Shown: positions 7,945 to 20,517 of the stretch, in pieces
Position numbering within the stretch: the first letter of the stretch is position 1
How the letters are laid out: each line of letters starts with the position of its first letter
Assembly (NCBI GenBank): GCA_965205595.1
Contig: CBDBHI010000021.1
Coordinates: 17,007-81,006 of the forward strand
Length of the DNA: 64,000 nt
Direction: 5' to 3'
DNA from: Bryobacterales bacterium
GTDB lineage: Bacteria > Acidobacteriota > Terriglobia > Bryobacterales > UBA6623
Notes under the pieces: generated by a model
What the model was told of the DNA's origin: nothing
Seen by the model: the letters and a program-made list of their open reading frames with translations, nothing else
The model's database searches: none
Position numbers and translations under genes: made by a program

Positions 7945-9360
7945 CTACGGAATCGCCTCCAAATCTTTTAGATCGTCGCGAATCGACGTCGCCATCTCGG
8001 TCTGCCCCATCTCCTGTGCCATCGCCAGGGCGCGGCGCGCATAGTCGACCGCCTGCTGCTTCCGCCCGGCGCGGAGGTGCGCGTCAGCCAGCCCGTAAAG
8101 AAAGCCCGGAGTCCGCTCGTCCTCGACCCCCAATGTTATCTTCAGGTACCCAATCGCTTGGTCCGGCTTGCCCTGGGCCACCAGATGCCGCCCAATCTGG
8201 AAGTTCGCCAACCGGTGATTTGGCTCGTATTCGAGCGCTTGTCGGAAATGTCTGATCGCTTCGGCCGTCCTTCCCAGCTCGGCGAGCGTCGAACCGAGGT
8301 TCAGATATCCGTCCGCAGACGTGGGATTGATCTCGAGGACTCGCTCGAAACTCTGGACCGCTTCGCGCGGACGTCCTCGTAACACCTGAACCGTGCCCCG
8401 GTTATTGTGCAGTTCCTCGATGTCCGGGTCCAGCCCCAGCGCTCTGTGGTAATGCGTCTCGGCCCGGTCAAAGCGCTTCAGCCTGCCGTAGGAACCGACC
8501 AAGTTGACATGCGGCGCCGCGAACTCCGAGTCCAGCTCGATCGCTTTGTGGTAGTGCGAGATGGCCTCCTGTGCTCGCCCCTCTTGCTCCAGCCGTCGGC
8601 CCTCGTTGAGATGCCAATGCTGGTCCGCCCGTAGGCTTTGGACATCCCGGAGAACCGGGTCGTCGATTGGGGGCCTCGAACGGCCGTGCTTCTCCGAAAG
8701 AGCCAGGTGGCTCCGAGACGATTCGGCGTCGCCGAAGTCACGGTAGGCCAGCGCCAGGGTGTAGTGGGTCGCCCCGGAATTCGGAGCAAGGTCGCTAGCC
8801 TTGAGAAGCAGAGGGATTGCTGCTCTTGCCTCTCCTTGTTGTACGAGGACTCGACCGAGACCATAGTAGGCCCGGGAGGAATCCGCCGCGAGTTGTAAGG
8901 CGTCCTCGAAGAATCTGCGACTATCGTCCAATCGATCGAGAGATAGCAAAACCTCAGCTTGTCGGATGTAGGCGTTGGCGTCGCTCCTCAGTTCGATGGC
9001 TCGGTTGAATGAGTCGACGGCCGCCTCCAACTCCCCTGTCGTTGTCTGAACGACACCCAAACAGTAGGGCCAGCGGAACTCCTTCGTGTCCAAAGCCTGC
9101 GCTCGCAGGAAGCACGCCTTGGCCCCGCCGTAGAGCTCATGCGCCTGCAGGAACATGCCCAGCCGCCCATTGGAGGAGGCGTCTTGGGGATCGTTCTTGA
9201 GCCTTTCGAGGAGCTCGCCGACTTCCGCGCGCGCCGAGGGCAGAAAACTTTCGGCGGCTACCGCGGGCAGTTTCGGTAGCGGATCGCCGCGGCCGCAACT
9301 ACAACCGAAGCAGAGTGCGAAGCCGATCGAAAGCGCCAGCAACTCGGCCCGGCGGATCAT
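7945..9360 (-). CDS. TPR-repeat lipoprotein
   Basis: N-terminal LSIGFALCFGCSC lipobox-like signal, followed by many 34-aa TPR-like units (e.g. AIxxYxxALxLDP patterns). Confidence 0.8.
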   Translation of the reverse strand: MIRRAELLALSIGFALCFGCSCGRGDPLPKLPAVAAESFLPSARAEVGELLERLKNDPQDASSNGRLGMFLQAHELYGGAKACFLRAQALDTKEFRWPYCLGVVQTTTGELEAAVDSFNRAIELRSDANAYIRQAEVLLSLDRLDDSRRFFEDALQLAADSSRAYYGLGRVLVQQGEARAAIPLLLKASDLAPNSGATHYTLALAYRDFGDAESSRSHLALSEKHGRSRPPIDDPVLRDVQSLRADQHWHLNEGRRLEQEGRAQEAISHYHKAIELDSEFAAPHVNLVGSYGRLKRFDRAETHYHRALGLDPDIEELHNNRGTVQVLRGRPREAVQSFERVLEINPTSADGYLNLGSTLAELGRTAEAIRHFRQALEYEPNHRLANFQIGRHLVAQGKPDQAIGYLKITLGVEDERTPGFLYGLADAHLRAGRKQQAVDYARRALAMAQEMGQTEMATSIRDDLKDLEAIP

Positions 9361-9440
9361 ACGCCTATATTAGCTTTCGAATCGGAAGCACTCGGCCGAC
9401 GTCTCCTCGCCCGCGGTATTGTGGTTCACCAAGATCTAAA

Positions 9441-9474
9441 CCGCTCCCGACCTGCCTGAGCAGAACCGGGAGCG
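9441..9474 (-). terminator. Possible terminator hairpin downstream of the TonB-dependent receptor
   Basis: CCGCTCCCG (9441-9449) pairs with CGGGAGCG (9467-9474). On the minus strand a short T run follows. The loop is long, so this is weak. Confidence 0.3.
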
Positions 9475-9500
9475 ATGTGAACGATAAACCGCCAGTCCGA

Positions 9501-12500
9501 CTAGAAGATAAACTTCAAGCCGAGCTGCAGGTTACGCGGACGGCCGGCGCTGGTAATGCGGCCGAAGTTGTTGTTGCCGACCTGCGAGTTCGGGAAGTTG
9601 AACGACGGCGTATTCGTGAAATTGAAGCTCTCGAAGCGGAACTGAACACTGTGCCGTTCGGTGATCGAGAAGCGCTTGTAGACCGCGAAGTCCCAGTTCA
9701 CCAGGCCCGGTCCGAGCAGGATGTTGCGCCCGGCATTGCCGTACTCGAAGTCATTGTTCGGTACGAAGGCGTCGGTGTTGAACCAGCGCTCCGGATCCCG
9801 CTGGCTCCCCGATAGTTTGTGATCTGCGCCGGGAACAACGTTCGGCCGATTCAAGTCACCAGTGTTCGCCGGGTTACCCCGCACGTTTAGTCCGAACGGA
9901 CGTCCGGAAGCGAGTGAAAAGATACCGGCGACCGTCCAGCCGCCCATCACTGTGTCTTGAACACCTCCCCAACTGCTGCCCCATTTGCGGCCCGAACCCC
10001 ACGGGAGGTCATAAATGTAACTGCTAACGAAGCTATGCGCGCGGTGCTGGTTGTCGAGGCCTCTCTCGGCACGCCGATCAAGAGGATTCTGAATTCCGCT
10101 GGAGGGGGCATTTCCCGAGCCCGCGAAGCCACCGGCGTCGCCCATGGTTTTCGAGAAGATATACGCGCTCAGTATGGTAAGCCCGTTCGAGTAACGCCTT
10201 TCGAATCGTGTTTGGAACGAGTGGAAAAGCGAGTTGCCGTTGAACTCGTGACGGTTCATCGCCGCCAGCGGGCCGACAACAATGTCGGTGCCGGGGAAAA
10301 CCGCACTCGTGTAGCGGCGGCGGCTGTTGATGTTACCCGGCCCCGGCAGTGCGTAGTTGGCATTGATACGGTTGACCAAGTGCTGGGCCTTGGTGCCGTA
10401 ATAGCCAAATTCCCAAACTGTGTCGGAACCAAGTGAATGCTGGACATTGAAGTTCCATTGTTGCGAGAGCGGCCACGGCGGGTCGCGCTCAAACGACGAG
10501 AATCGCAAAGCGACCGCGCGCTCGGGAGTCACGACGCCGGCCGGCACGCCATTTTGCAGAATAACCGAGGGGTTGATGCTGTCGGTCGAGATTTGCGACT
10601 TGATGTGGAAGGGAGGGTTCGTCTCCAGAAACTGTCCTCCCCCGGTACCCTCGTAGTTGGCATAGAAAATTCCATAACCCCCTCGCAGCACCGTGCCTTC
10701 ACGAAGGCGATAGGCGAAACCGAAGCGCGGCCCGAAGTTGTTCATGTCCGGGTCCATGGTGGCGCGCATCGCGCGGCTGCCGTCCTGGGCCACAACGATG
10801 GAAGGATCGGCCGGGTTGGTGTCGATGTCGAAGTTTGATATGCCGTTGGTCTTTTCCCACCAGGGCAAGTTCATCTCATAGCGCAGGCCGAGGTTGATCG
10901 TGAGCCGGTTGTTGAATCGCCACTCGTCCTGGATGTAGAAGTGGTGCCAGGGCGTGCGCAGGTTCATGTAGACCGAATTGGAGATATCGGTGCGGAAGGG
11001 AATGCCCAGCAGAAAGTCTGCCGCGGGCCGGCCGCCGCGGCCTCCGGCTACATTTTGGCTTTGACGCGTGAAGTTGCCGTTGAAGACGAACCGCCCCAAC
11101 TCCTGCTGCGGGTTGGTCAGGTAGCTCTGCAAGAACTGTCCGGAGTACCCGAACTTGACGCTGTGGCTGCCCTTGATCCAGTTCGTATCCACATTGAGCT
11201 GGCGGTTCTGCGAGTCGATCAGGTTGGGGGTGAAGTTCGAAGTGCCGATGTTGTGCATACCGCTGAGGTCGAACCGCGCGGATCCATTCAGGGACTGATT
11301 GACGCCGGTCAGGCCGAGATCGGTGTTCAGGTTGCTGGTTGCCACGGGTTGGCGGTTCGTGTAGAGCCGATTCCAGCCCAGTTTGACGTTGGTGATGAAG
11401 GTCGGCGAGAAGATGTGGTTCCACCCGAAAGCAAGATTCTGGCCGCGATGGGTGAAATCAGTGCCGTTGCTGTCCTGGCCCGAGGGAAAGGCCAGCGAGC
11501 CGGGAACGTCATTGTCTTGCTGGCTGTAGCGGCCGAACAAGTTGTCGTTTGCGCCGATAATCTGGTCGATCCGAATATCCCACTTGTCGACGTCTTCGTT
11601 GTCGGGCGCGTTCGTTCGCCAGTTCCTGGTGAGCCCTGGACCATTCGCCGCCGGATAGAAGTCGCTGGCCTTCCGCGCCACCGAATCGATGCGGTCGCTC
11701 GGAATGATGTTATTCGGAAACGGATCCCGAAGCTTCGTGTCCGGATTGTAGGTGGCCGGATCATAGATGGTTTGCGGAACGCCGCCGAAATCACCGCCGA
11801 GCTGCGCCTGAGTCGGGATCGTCAAGTTAAAAGTCGCCGACTCGCGAATGGCGGTGGCTTCGTAGTCGCCGAAGAAGAAAGTCGAATTCTTGTTGATCGG
11901 ACCGCCGAAGGCAAAGCCATACTGGTTGCGCTTGAAGGGCGGCTTCTCGCCCGGGTCGAAGAAGTTCTTGGCATCGAGCGTGTCGTTGCGCAGGAATTCA
12001 AAGACCGTGCCGTGGAAATCGTTGGAGCCGGACTTGATCGAAACGTTGACCGTCCCGCCGAGCGCGCGGCCGGATTCCGCCGAGTAAGCGTTGGTGGAAA
12101 TCTTGAACTCTTCTATAGCGTCGATGGAAGGCTTGACGACCTCGGCGCGGCGCCCTTGGGCGGCGATCTGTATGCCGTTGTTGTCGATCCCGTCGAGCGA
12201 GTAGTTGTTTTGCGTCGTACGCTGTCCGCCAGCGCTGTAGCCACCGAAGCGGCCGCCGATCGAGCGAACCGCCCCCGCGGAAAGCAAAGCGAGCTGAATG
12301 TAGTCGCGCCCGTTGAGAGGCATGTCGACCATGCGCTGGTTGTTGATCACCTGACCCTGGGTGGCTTCGGTGGTCTCGAGCAGGGGCGCCGCGGCGGTCA
12401 CGTCGACCACCTCCGTCAACGCACCGATCTCGAGGGGGATGTCGATACGCGCGGTTTGTTGCAGCGTCAACACAATCCCGGAGCGTACGGCTCGCTTGAA

Positions 12501-12761
12501 CCCGTCGGCCTCAACCTCTAGGAGATATTCGCCGATGCGCAACGGTTGCGAGCGAAACAGCCCTTCGGCGTTGCTTTCGACTGAGAGCTCCTGGGCGGTC
12601 GCTACGTGGGTGAATTTGACTTGAGCGCCGGGAATCACCGCCCCAGTGCTGTCACTGATCGTCCCGGTGATTCGGGCGGTCTCGATCTGCCCGTGAGCAA
12701 CTGAGCCCAGAAGCAGTAACAGTAGGACTCCCGAGAACGCGAAGAACGCTTGACGGATCAT
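9501..12761 (-). CDS. TonB-dependent outer-membrane receptor with an N-terminal carboxypeptidase-regulatory-like domain
   Basis: 1086 aa. Signal peptide, then ITGTISDSTGAVIPGAQVKF...EGLFRSQPLRIGEY (CarboxypepD_reg), then a plug region (MPLNGRDYIQLALLSAG). C-terminal beta-barrel ends LQLGLKFIF. Confidence 0.85.
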   Translation of the reverse strand: MIRQAFFAFSGVLLLLLLGSVAHGQIETARITGTISDSTGAVIPGAQVKFTHVATAQELSVESNAEGLFRSQPLRIGEYLLEVEADGFKRAVRSGIVLTLQQTARIDIPLEIGALTEVVDVTAAAPLLETTEATQGQVINNQRMVDMPLNGRDYIQLALLSAGAVRSIGGRFGGYSAGGQRTTQNNYSLDGIDNNGIQIAAQGRRAEVVKPSIDAIEEFKISTNAYSAESGRALGGTVNVSIKSGSNDFHGTVFEFLRNDTLDAKNFFDPGEKPPFKRNQYGFAFGGPINKNSTFFFGDYEATAIRESATFNLTIPTQAQLGGDFGGVPQTIYDPATYNPDTKLRDPFPNNIIPSDRIDSVARKASDFYPAANGPGLTRNWRTNAPDNEDVDKWDIRIDQIIGANDNLFGRYSQQDNDVPGSLAFPSGQDSNGTDFTHRGQNLAFGWNHIFSPTFITNVKLGWNRLYTNRQPVATSNLNTDLGLTGVNQSLNGSARFDLSGMHNIGTSNFTPNLIDSQNRQLNVDTNWIKGSHSVKFGYSGQFLQSYLTNPQQELGRFVFNGNFTRQSQNVAGGRGGRPAADFLLGIPFRTDISNSVYMNLRTPWHHFYIQDEWRFNNRLTINLGLRYEMNLPWWEKTNGISNFDIDTNPADPSIVVAQDGSRAMRATMDPDMNNFGPRFGFAYRLREGTVLRGGYGIFYANYEGTGGGQFLETNPPFHIKSQISTDSINPSVILQNGVPAGVVTPERAVALRFSSFERDPPWPLSQQWNFNVQHSLGSDTVWEFGYYGTKAQHLVNRINANYALPGPGNINSRRRYTSAVFPGTDIVVGPLAAMNRHEFNGNSLFHSFQTRFERRYSNGLTILSAYIFSKTMGDAGGFAGSGNAPSSGIQNPLDRRAERGLDNQHRAHSFVSSYIYDLPWGSGRKWGSSWGGVQDTVMGGWTVAGIFSLASGRPFGLNVRGNPANTGDLNRPNVVPGADHKLSGSQRDPERWFNTDAFVPNNDFEYGNAGRNILLGPGLVNWDFAVYKRFSITERHSVQFRFESFNFTNTPSFNFPNSQVGNNNFGRITSAGRPRNLQLGLKFIF

Positions 12762-13582
12762 AATGGGCCTCCCGATGATTTTGCAGCTTTATAGTACCTG
12801 AAACTCCGTCTTTTTGCGTTGGGTTCGAGAAACTTGCGGGTGAAACCGCTCTGTATCTCGATTCGACATCTATCTCGCAGGAGCGCAAGCCGCCGATCGG
12901 CGCAAATTGTACTGGAGACCGGGCCACTCTGGTTGCAGTCAGAAGGTAGCATGCCGGAGTGAATGGAAGTAGGTGATCGAGTTCGGGAATGAGATGCTAT
13001 TCAAAACTGAGGCTCGCCCTGAAAAAACGAGACAACCTGATGGGCGCGAATCCCGAGAAGCGACTCGACATACGCCAAGCATTAGTCGATTGGGAAGCAG
13101 AAATCGCTCGCGACTAGAAGATTCGGCGACATACAGTGGCTGATCGTTTAGCGGACCAAGATGTGCCGATTTTACGTCTGGGGCGCCGCAACGCGGATAG
13201 GTGTTTGTAACAAACGATGCCACAAACTCTCGCGCCAAAGCCTGTCAGATCCCCGCCAAACGCGCTCTAAGGCCCTGTTCAAGGGGTTTGGAGCGATTTC
13301 AGACTGCCGCCAGCTCAGCGTGAAAATAATTTAAATAATCTATCTGTCGGACTGCTCGAATGGACGATCCGAGTTGGCCTCGGCAGATTCGGAGCAGGAT
13401 CGCGATCTCTCAGCGCTGGGCGCGCTCCCGACCTTTTGGGAATGTCGGAAGCGATGAGCCTGCGACGTGCGGCCATCAGTCGGTGTTGATTGCAAGACCG
13501 GGAGCGGATTCCCACTAGTCGGTGCTCGGGTCGTCTATTTGAGCAACCAGCGACTCTCGGCACTCGCTTGTAACTAGAGTGT

Positions 13583-14575
13583 CTAGCCCTTGAGAGCGGC
13601 GAGACGGAAGAAAAGATCGTTGAATACAGCGTCGCGGTTGACGTTATTTGCGACGCGAATGTTGTGGCGGCCCGATGCGGTTTTCCACTTCATGTCGTCG
13701 GTCAGCACAGGGCTCGATACGATCTCGGAGGGGACCCACTCCGGGTTGTTCAACCAAGCTATTGCCGAGATATCCCAGATGACTTTTGAATACGGGTAAC
13801 CGCGGTTCTTGCCCTTCGTTCTCAGGGCGTAATACTGCAGAAATTGGCCGTAGAGATAGTCACCAATCCGTGAGCGCCCGCGCATGTTCTTGTCCAACTC
13901 CGGGACCGTCGTCCGCAGGTGCTCGGCCACGTTCTTGGTCGGAATTTGGACTAGCGGAACACCGCTGTCGAATAGAACCTGCGAGGCGATCACATCCTGA
14001 CGCAGGTTGAACTCGCTCGCCGAGGGCCAGTAGTGCGTGGTCCCACCGAGCCAGACGACTACGATCTTTTCTTTGATCTTCGGCTCCATCAGGATGGCCG
14101 ATGAGACGTTCGCCGGGCAGCCGATGGTCAACACGTAGAGCGGCTCACCGCTGGATTTCATCGCCTTGTCGATCAAATCGCGCGCGGCGGGGCTGGCAAC
14201 CGGCTTGCCCTTGCGCTCGAAGAATCGGTCAGAGCCGCGGAACACTGATTTACTATCCCCTCCAGGCAAGAAATCTAGCAGCCGAAAGATCTCCTCATAG
14301 CTCTTCTCCATGCCGATGGCGGCGCTGGCGGAGAGACTGTTGACGAACGGCGCGGCGTAGATCGCCTCCACGGACATTCGCTCGTGAGAAAGCAGGCTGT
14401 AGGCGACTGCATACTGGTCGTCGATTTCGTTGTAGGTGTCGGAGTCGAGTACGACTCGCAGTCGGCCTGGCCCAGGAATGGCGAGCAGACGATCGAGGTC
14501 GGCGGATTGAGCCTGGGCGGAAGCGGCGAGCGCACCCCCTGCGGCAGCTTGGAAGAATCTGCGGCGCGAAGTCAT
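13583..14575 (-). CDS. Inosine/uridine-preferring nucleoside hydrolase family protein with a Tat signal
   Basis: Tat signal SRRRFFQAAAGGALAASAQA, and the DSDTYNEIDD aspartate cluster typical of IUNH enzymes. Confidence 0.75.
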   Translation of the reverse strand: MTSRRRFFQAAAGGALAASAQAQSADLDRLLAIPGPGRLRVVLDSDTYNEIDDQYAVAYSLLSHERMSVEAIYAAPFVNSLSASAAIGMEKSYEEIFRLLDFLPGGDSKSVFRGSDRFFERKGKPVASPAARDLIDKAMKSSGEPLYVLTIGCPANVSSAILMEPKIKEKIVVVWLGGTTHYWPSASEFNLRQDVIASQVLFDSGVPLVQIPTKNVAEHLRTTVPELDKNMRGRSRIGDYLYGQFLQYYALRTKGKNRGYPYSKVIWDISAIAWLNNPEWVPSEIVSSPVLTDDMKWKTASGRHNIRVANNVNRDAVFNDLFFRLAALKG

Positions 14576-14653
14576 GGCAATCGGAGCGATGCTAGCACAG
14601 CTAGATTGGGTGAAAAGTCCGAAGCCAAAAATTACCGGGACTCGATCGCTCGA

Positions 14654-15994
<1,341 letters not shown>

Positions 15995-16135
15995 CGGTAT
16001 GTCGGCCAGTCAGCCTTATTGTACGCCAGACCGCGAAGGCTCGGACGTCCCGAATCGCAATCAGCGGGAGGTGAGCCTAACACGCATAACGACTGGGTGA
16101 TCTGCGGTAAAGCGGCTGATGCTAAAGTGAGGGCG

Positions 16136-16318
16136 ATGTCGTCTAAAGTTGAACAAGCGTCACCGTCCGCTGATGGCCCCGACACTCAGGAAAAAAGGCC
16201 AGTGACGCGTCACGAGTTATTGCGCCACACTGAGCACGACCCGAAAGGTGCGGCCGAATTGGTCCGATTCGTCGATCGGCTCAGGCATGGCAGGGACACC
16301 TACGGCTCTCGATTGTGA
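16136..16318 (+). CDS. Putative antitoxin of the PIN-toxin pair (60 aa, family unclear)
   Basis: Small ORF whose stop overlaps the GTG start of the PIN gene (GTGA overlap at 16315-16318). I chose the internal ATG at 16136 within listed ORF 16019..16318. No recognisable antitoxin fold motif. Confidence 0.4.
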   Translation: MSSKVEQASPSADGPDTQEKRPVTRHELLRHTEHDPKGAAELVRFVDRLRHGRDTYGSRL

Positions 16319-16710
16319 TTTCGGTTGTCGTTGACACGGACGTGGCATCGTTCGTGTTCAAGGACCACGCCTTGGCCCCGGCGTACGTTGACATTCTCGT
16401 CGACAAACACCTCTCCATCTCATTTATGACACTTGCCGAGCTGCGCGCCGGGGCGGCAAAGGCTGATTGGGGACCTCGTCGCAGAGAGCTTCTTGAACGA
16501 TACTTGTCGGTGTTCGAGGTGCTTCATACAAGCAACGAGCTGTGTTCTGCGTGGGCCGGCCTGCGTGCTGAAATGGAAGTTGGTGGTCGACGCATTGAAT
16601 CCGCCGATGCCTGGATAGCCGCGACTGCGCGTTCGGTGGAGCGGCCGCTGGTTACGCACAATCGAAAACACTTCGACCACATCCCCAACTTGTCGGTTAT
16701 GTCGGTCTAA
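16315..16710 (+). CDS. vapC: PIN-domain ribonuclease toxin (VapC-like)
   Basis: 131 aa. MISVVVDTDV (first acidic residue), ..TLAEL.., ESADAWIAATA and PLVTHNRKHF are typical VapC landmarks. Confidence 0.8.
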   Translation: MISVVVDTDVASFVFKDHALAPAYVDILVDKHLSISFMTLAELRAGAAKADWGPRRRELLERYLSVFEVLHTSNELCSAWAGLRAEMEVGGRRIESADAWIAATARSVERPLVTHNRKHFDHIPNLSVMSV

Positions 16711-16752
16711 CCGGGTCGCCATCGCATCACCCGAATCGGCGTCTCCCTGAGA

Positions 16753-19700
16753 CTACTTCTCTAGGAACAATTTATTGTTGACGACGTACCGGAGCATGTC
16801 CCGCATGCGGTATTCGCCGGCTCGCAGTTGCAGCGCGTCTTGCTTCAGAAAATTCAACTCGTTGTACGTTAGGCTGCGGCCGTTCGCGTACGTCACTAGA
16901 TGCTTGAGAACGCTGAAGGCCACCTGATCGATGCGATCTTGCGCGAGATAGCGCTTGAGCTCATTGACGCCAGATACCTCGGTGTTGTCGGGCAACGTGG
17001 ACCGCGCGTCGGCAGGTTGCTGCTTAACCCGCCCGTCCGCGTCGAACTCCTCAAGGGCGACTCCCCAGGGGTCGATTTTCGTGTGGCATTGGATGCAACC
17101 CGGCAGGCTGCGGTGCTGCTCCAACCGTTGGCGAAGCGACAGTCCCACTGTGTCCGCCGCCAGGTCCGGCACATTTGGCGGCGGAGGTTCGGGCGGCTCG
17201 GCGATGATTTTCCGCGCCAGCCAGGCCCCGCGCTTGACTGGGTTCGACTCGCGACCGTCTGATAGTCCAGCCATCAATGCGGCCTGAGATAAAAGGCCGC
17301 CGAGCTCGGGCCGGCCGTGCACGATAGGCACGAACTTGAAACCACTCTCGGTCTTGTCGGCGAGGCCGTAGTAGCTGGCGACAACTTCATTGGCAACTAC
17401 GAAATCGGACTCCACCAAATACCGCGCCGGCAGGTTGTTGCGGATCAAGTGCTTCACAAACTCCAGCGGCTCTCGTCGAAGTTGAGTGCGGGCGTCGCGG
17501 CTCAGCTTGGGGAACTTTTCGCGATCCGGCTCGAGCACGTCGAACTTTTCGAGATCGAGCCATTGGGAAGTGAACTCCTCGATGAATTTCGATGAGCGCG
17601 GGTCGGCGATCATGCGCTCAACTTCGGAGTCCAACTGATCTCTCAACTCGCCGCCGGCCGCCAGATTAAGGGTCACGCTATCCGGTGGCTCATTCCACAA
17701 GAAGTACGAAAGCTTTGAAGCCAATTCATGGTCATCGATCGCTTCGGGCTCGGGCGTGGAGCTGGTCTCGATCATGAAAAGGAATTGAGGCGATGTCAGC
17801 ACGACCTGCAGCGCATCTTTCACGCTTTGTTGAAAACCGCGCCCCTCGTCGAGTGATCGTTGGAATACCCCCATCAATGCCGACTCTTCCGGCGCGCTAA
17901 CGGCTCGGCGGTACGCACGGGTCGCGAAGTTGCGAATGATCTCGCGCGCGTACTCGTGAGAATCGGATTTGCGGTTGAAATCGGTGAAGATGTTTTGATG
18001 CGTGGCTGGTGGCCAAGTGTCGTAGAACGGTCCCTGGAACTCCACCGACTTAATCAGCAGCCGAGGCATGTCGCGGCCGTCGGTGTATTCGCTGCGGACG
18101 GCGATCTCACGAATGCCCGCTAGATAGTTGACGTTGTTCTTTTCAACATTCGGACTGGCGTAGTCGCTGATGGCGCCTTCAAATACAAAGCGCTCTAGCT
18201 TTTCAGCCGCCACAGTTTGAGGTGTCTGGACCGCAGCGAAGGTACTGCCGCAATCGCGGCGAAAACCCATATGCACGCCAACTCGCGGGGAACGCTTTTC
18301 GAACGCTAGAAAGCGCTGCGAGATATTGTGGTCGTCCGACAGCGGGGTTATCACGATTCGGTCCAAATCCCTTACGCCGTTGTGCTCGGCCTGGACCTGT
18401 AACTTGCTGGCCTCAAGCCTAAGCACTACCAGGGCGGGGTGTTGCAGCTGTGTTGAGAAAGGCCGGTGGCCCAGAGTTAGCGTAGCTTCTTGCGGGGTCT
18501 CGGGCGGCGGTAACGCCAGCTTGCGGCCGGGTTGGATCAGCGCTTGCAGCTCGGCCTCATCGAGGGCTCGCGAATAAATACGCACTTCGTCGAGCGCGCC
18601 GTTAAAGTGGGCGGCATACGAGACGCGCCCAAGATGGAGTTCGGCCTTAGGGTTGTTGAGGTTTGCCGCACCGATTTCTCCTTTTGCCACTAAGTAGCCG
18701 TTCACGTAAAGGCCTGTTTGATTGCCGCCACGCCTGACGACGGCGGCAATATGCTGCCATGTATTGGCTTGAATAACGCGATTCGGGGAGTTCACGAACG
18801 CATTGGAATCGTTGTCTGGTCCAGACGTTGAGAGCCTGAAATTGCCCCTGCCGCCGCCAAGATTCAGTTGCCAGCCCGGCATTTGGTCATAGCCTCCGAA
18901 GACTACGACGCCTGCGTTTTTCAACTGCTTTGGATTGATCCAGGCCGCTACGGTGAAGTCACTGCTGCCGACGTTCAGTGCGTCCTGCTGCTCGATGACG
19001 ATCGAATCGTCTTCACCGTCCAGCGAAACGGCCCTACCAAACGGGGATTCGACGAACTTCGCGTCTCCTTCTAATCGGCCTAATCGACCGGGGGTTTCGT
19101 CGTCGAGCGACCACGATCCGACCAAGCCCTCGGCGAGGCGCGACGTATCTGGGGTGGGTAACTCGCCTCGTTCCACCTGATGGAGATCAACCTGGTAGAT
19201 ACCGGGCGCGTCGATTGTCAGCGTTTGAGGCGTTTCCGGCTGTAGACTCACCAGGGCTCGTGCTCCATCGACCGGTTGCGCCTGATCTTCAGGGTCGAGC
19301 ATCAAGCCGTCGTTATACTTCGCTGCGCTGACGGTTACGCGAAATCGGCCGTGGTCGGGAAGCTCGCGGGTCGAAATCTTGAAGTTCGCCTGATGCCCAA
19401 ACGTGCCGTCGCATCCAAACAGCTCGTTATTGGGGATCGCCGGCCGCAGTAGCAGGCCTTCGGGGATGGTCTCGTAGGCGGTCCCCCTGGGGTACCCACG
19501 GCTACCGCGCATGTCGGCAAAGACCGCGTGGTAGATACTGTCAAAGTCACGCCAGCCGCGCACAGTTCCGTTGCCGATGTAGCCTTCGTTGTAACGATAC
19601 TTCGTCCGCATCGCAAGGGGTTCAAAGGCGAATTGCTTGCTGGGAACGGGCTGCGAAACGACGTAGTCTTCGATTTCGAGCAACATGTTGTTCGCGCCGA

Positions 19701-20403
19701 GAATGAGTTTCTCGGGCAAGGGGTCGGGGTTGATCGACTTACCTAGGTCGACGCGGAAGTTCTGGATCGTAGGCTTCGTGTCGGGGTTGACGATCGATCG
19801 GTTAAGCGCCTCTTCGGCAACTTCGAGATAGGCCTCCATCAGAAGTGGGGATATCTGCAGAGTCTCCGCGTTATTTACGAAGCCGTCGCTGGACACAGCA
19901 TCGGGGGGAAGCGCATCGGTCAGGTCGTCGTCGAGCAGCAATAGCTCGCGCAGGGTGTTGCGGTATTGCGAGACAGTCAGGCGCCGCACGATGCCGTTCT
20001 TGGGAACCGGGCGCGAGCGGGCAACGTTAAGGGCTTGGTTGATCCACTCGACCATGCGCTCACGCTCGGAACCGTCCGGTTGTGGCGCACCCTTCGGCGG
20101 CATGGTCTCGTCGCCAATTTTTCGGCGGACGGCCTCCCATAGGCGAAGGTGCCGATCTTCCAGCGCCGCGTCAAGTTGGTCGAGACGGATGCCCGACATG
20201 GCGACGTTTTCGTTGTGGCACTGGACGCAGTTTTGTTTCAGAAACGGCTTTGCTTGCTGCTCAAATGATTGTTCGAGCGCAACGGGAGCAGCAGCCGCCG
20301 CGTGGGCCGGCAGGGAGCGCGCTATCCACGCGGAGCCCACGGCAGACACCAGAGCGAGAGCGCACGTGGCTTGGAATCGAAGCCGAGAATTCCGTGAATT
20401 CAT
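16753..20403 (-). CDS. DUF1592/DUF1595/DUF1587/DUF1588/DUF1585-family haem-binding protein with an inserted LamG/concanavalin-like domain
   Basis: 1216 aa. [25 protein letters not shown] (cytochrome-like N-terminus), [11 protein letters not shown] (LamG-type), FLWNEPPD, and [23 protein letters not shown] at the C-terminus. Confidence 0.8.
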   Translation of the reverse strand: MNSRNSRLRFQATCALALVSAVGSAWIARSLPAHAAAAAPVALEQSFEQQAKPFLKQNCVQCHNENVAMSGIRLDQLDAALEDRHLRLWEAVRRKIGDETMPPKGAPQPDGSERERMVEWINQALNVARSRPVPKNGIVRRLTVSQYRNTLRELLLLDDDLTDALPPDAVSSDGFVNNAETLQISPLLMEAYLEVAEEALNRSIVNPDTKPTIQNFRVDLGKSINPDPLPEKLILGANNMLLEIEDYVVSQPVPSKQFAFEPLAMRTKYRYNEGYIGNGTVRGWRDFDSIYHAVFADMRGSRGYPRGTAYETIPEGLLLRPAIPNNELFGCDGTFGHQANFKISTRELPDHGRFRVTVSAAKYNDGLMLDPEDQAQPVDGARALVSLQPETPQTLTIDAPGIYQVDLHQVERGELPTPDTSRLAEGLVGSWSLDDETPGRLGRLEGDAKFVESPFGRAVSLDGEDDSIVIEQQDALNVGSSDFTVAAWINPKQLKNAGVVVFGGYDQMPGWQLNLGGGRGNFRLSTSGPDNDSNAFVNSPNRVIQANTWQHIAAVVRRGGNQTGLYVNGYLVAKGEIGAANLNNPKAELHLGRVSYAAHFNGALDEVRIYSRALDEAELQALIQPGRKLALPPPETPQEATLTLGHRPFSTQLQHPALVVLRLEASKLQVQAEHNGVRDLDRIVITPLSDDHNISQRFLAFEKRSPRVGVHMGFRRDCGSTFAAVQTPQTVAAEKLERFVFEGAISDYASPNVEKNNVNYLAGIREIAVRSEYTDGRDMPRLLIKSVEFQGPFYDTWPPATHQNIFTDFNRKSDSHEYAREIIRNFATRAYRRAVSAPEESALMGVFQRSLDEGRGFQQSVKDALQVVLTSPQFLFMIETSSTPEPEAIDDHELASKLSYFLWNEPPDSVTLNLAAGGELRDQLDSEVERMIADPRSSKFIEEFTSQWLDLEKFDVLEPDREKFPKLSRDARTQLRREPLEFVKHLIRNNLPARYLVESDFVVANEVVASYYGLADKTESGFKFVPIVHGRPELGGLLSQAALMAGLSDGRESNPVKRGAWLARKIIAEPPEPPPPNVPDLAADTVGLSLRQRLEQHRSLPGCIQCHTKIDPWGVALEEFDADGRVKQQPADARSTLPDNTEVSGVNELKRYLAQDRIDQVAFSVLKHLVTYANGRSLTYNELNFLKQDALQLRAGEYRMRDMLRYVVNNKLFLEK

Positions 20404-20517
20404 ATCGTACTGGGAGCAATCGTCTCCCTACTAAACATCGCCACGTTGGCCCCGATAAACAAAGCTTATGTTAACCCGAGACTGCAGATCGCCACGGGCT
20501 TCGGGGTACCGGCAGCT

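Noticed and set aside
10941-12521. 526-aa plus-strand ORF opposite the TonB-dependent receptor.
   Set aside because: It is antisense to a gene with clear receptor motifs. The sequence is low-complexity (V/R/A/G-rich) with no recognisable domains.
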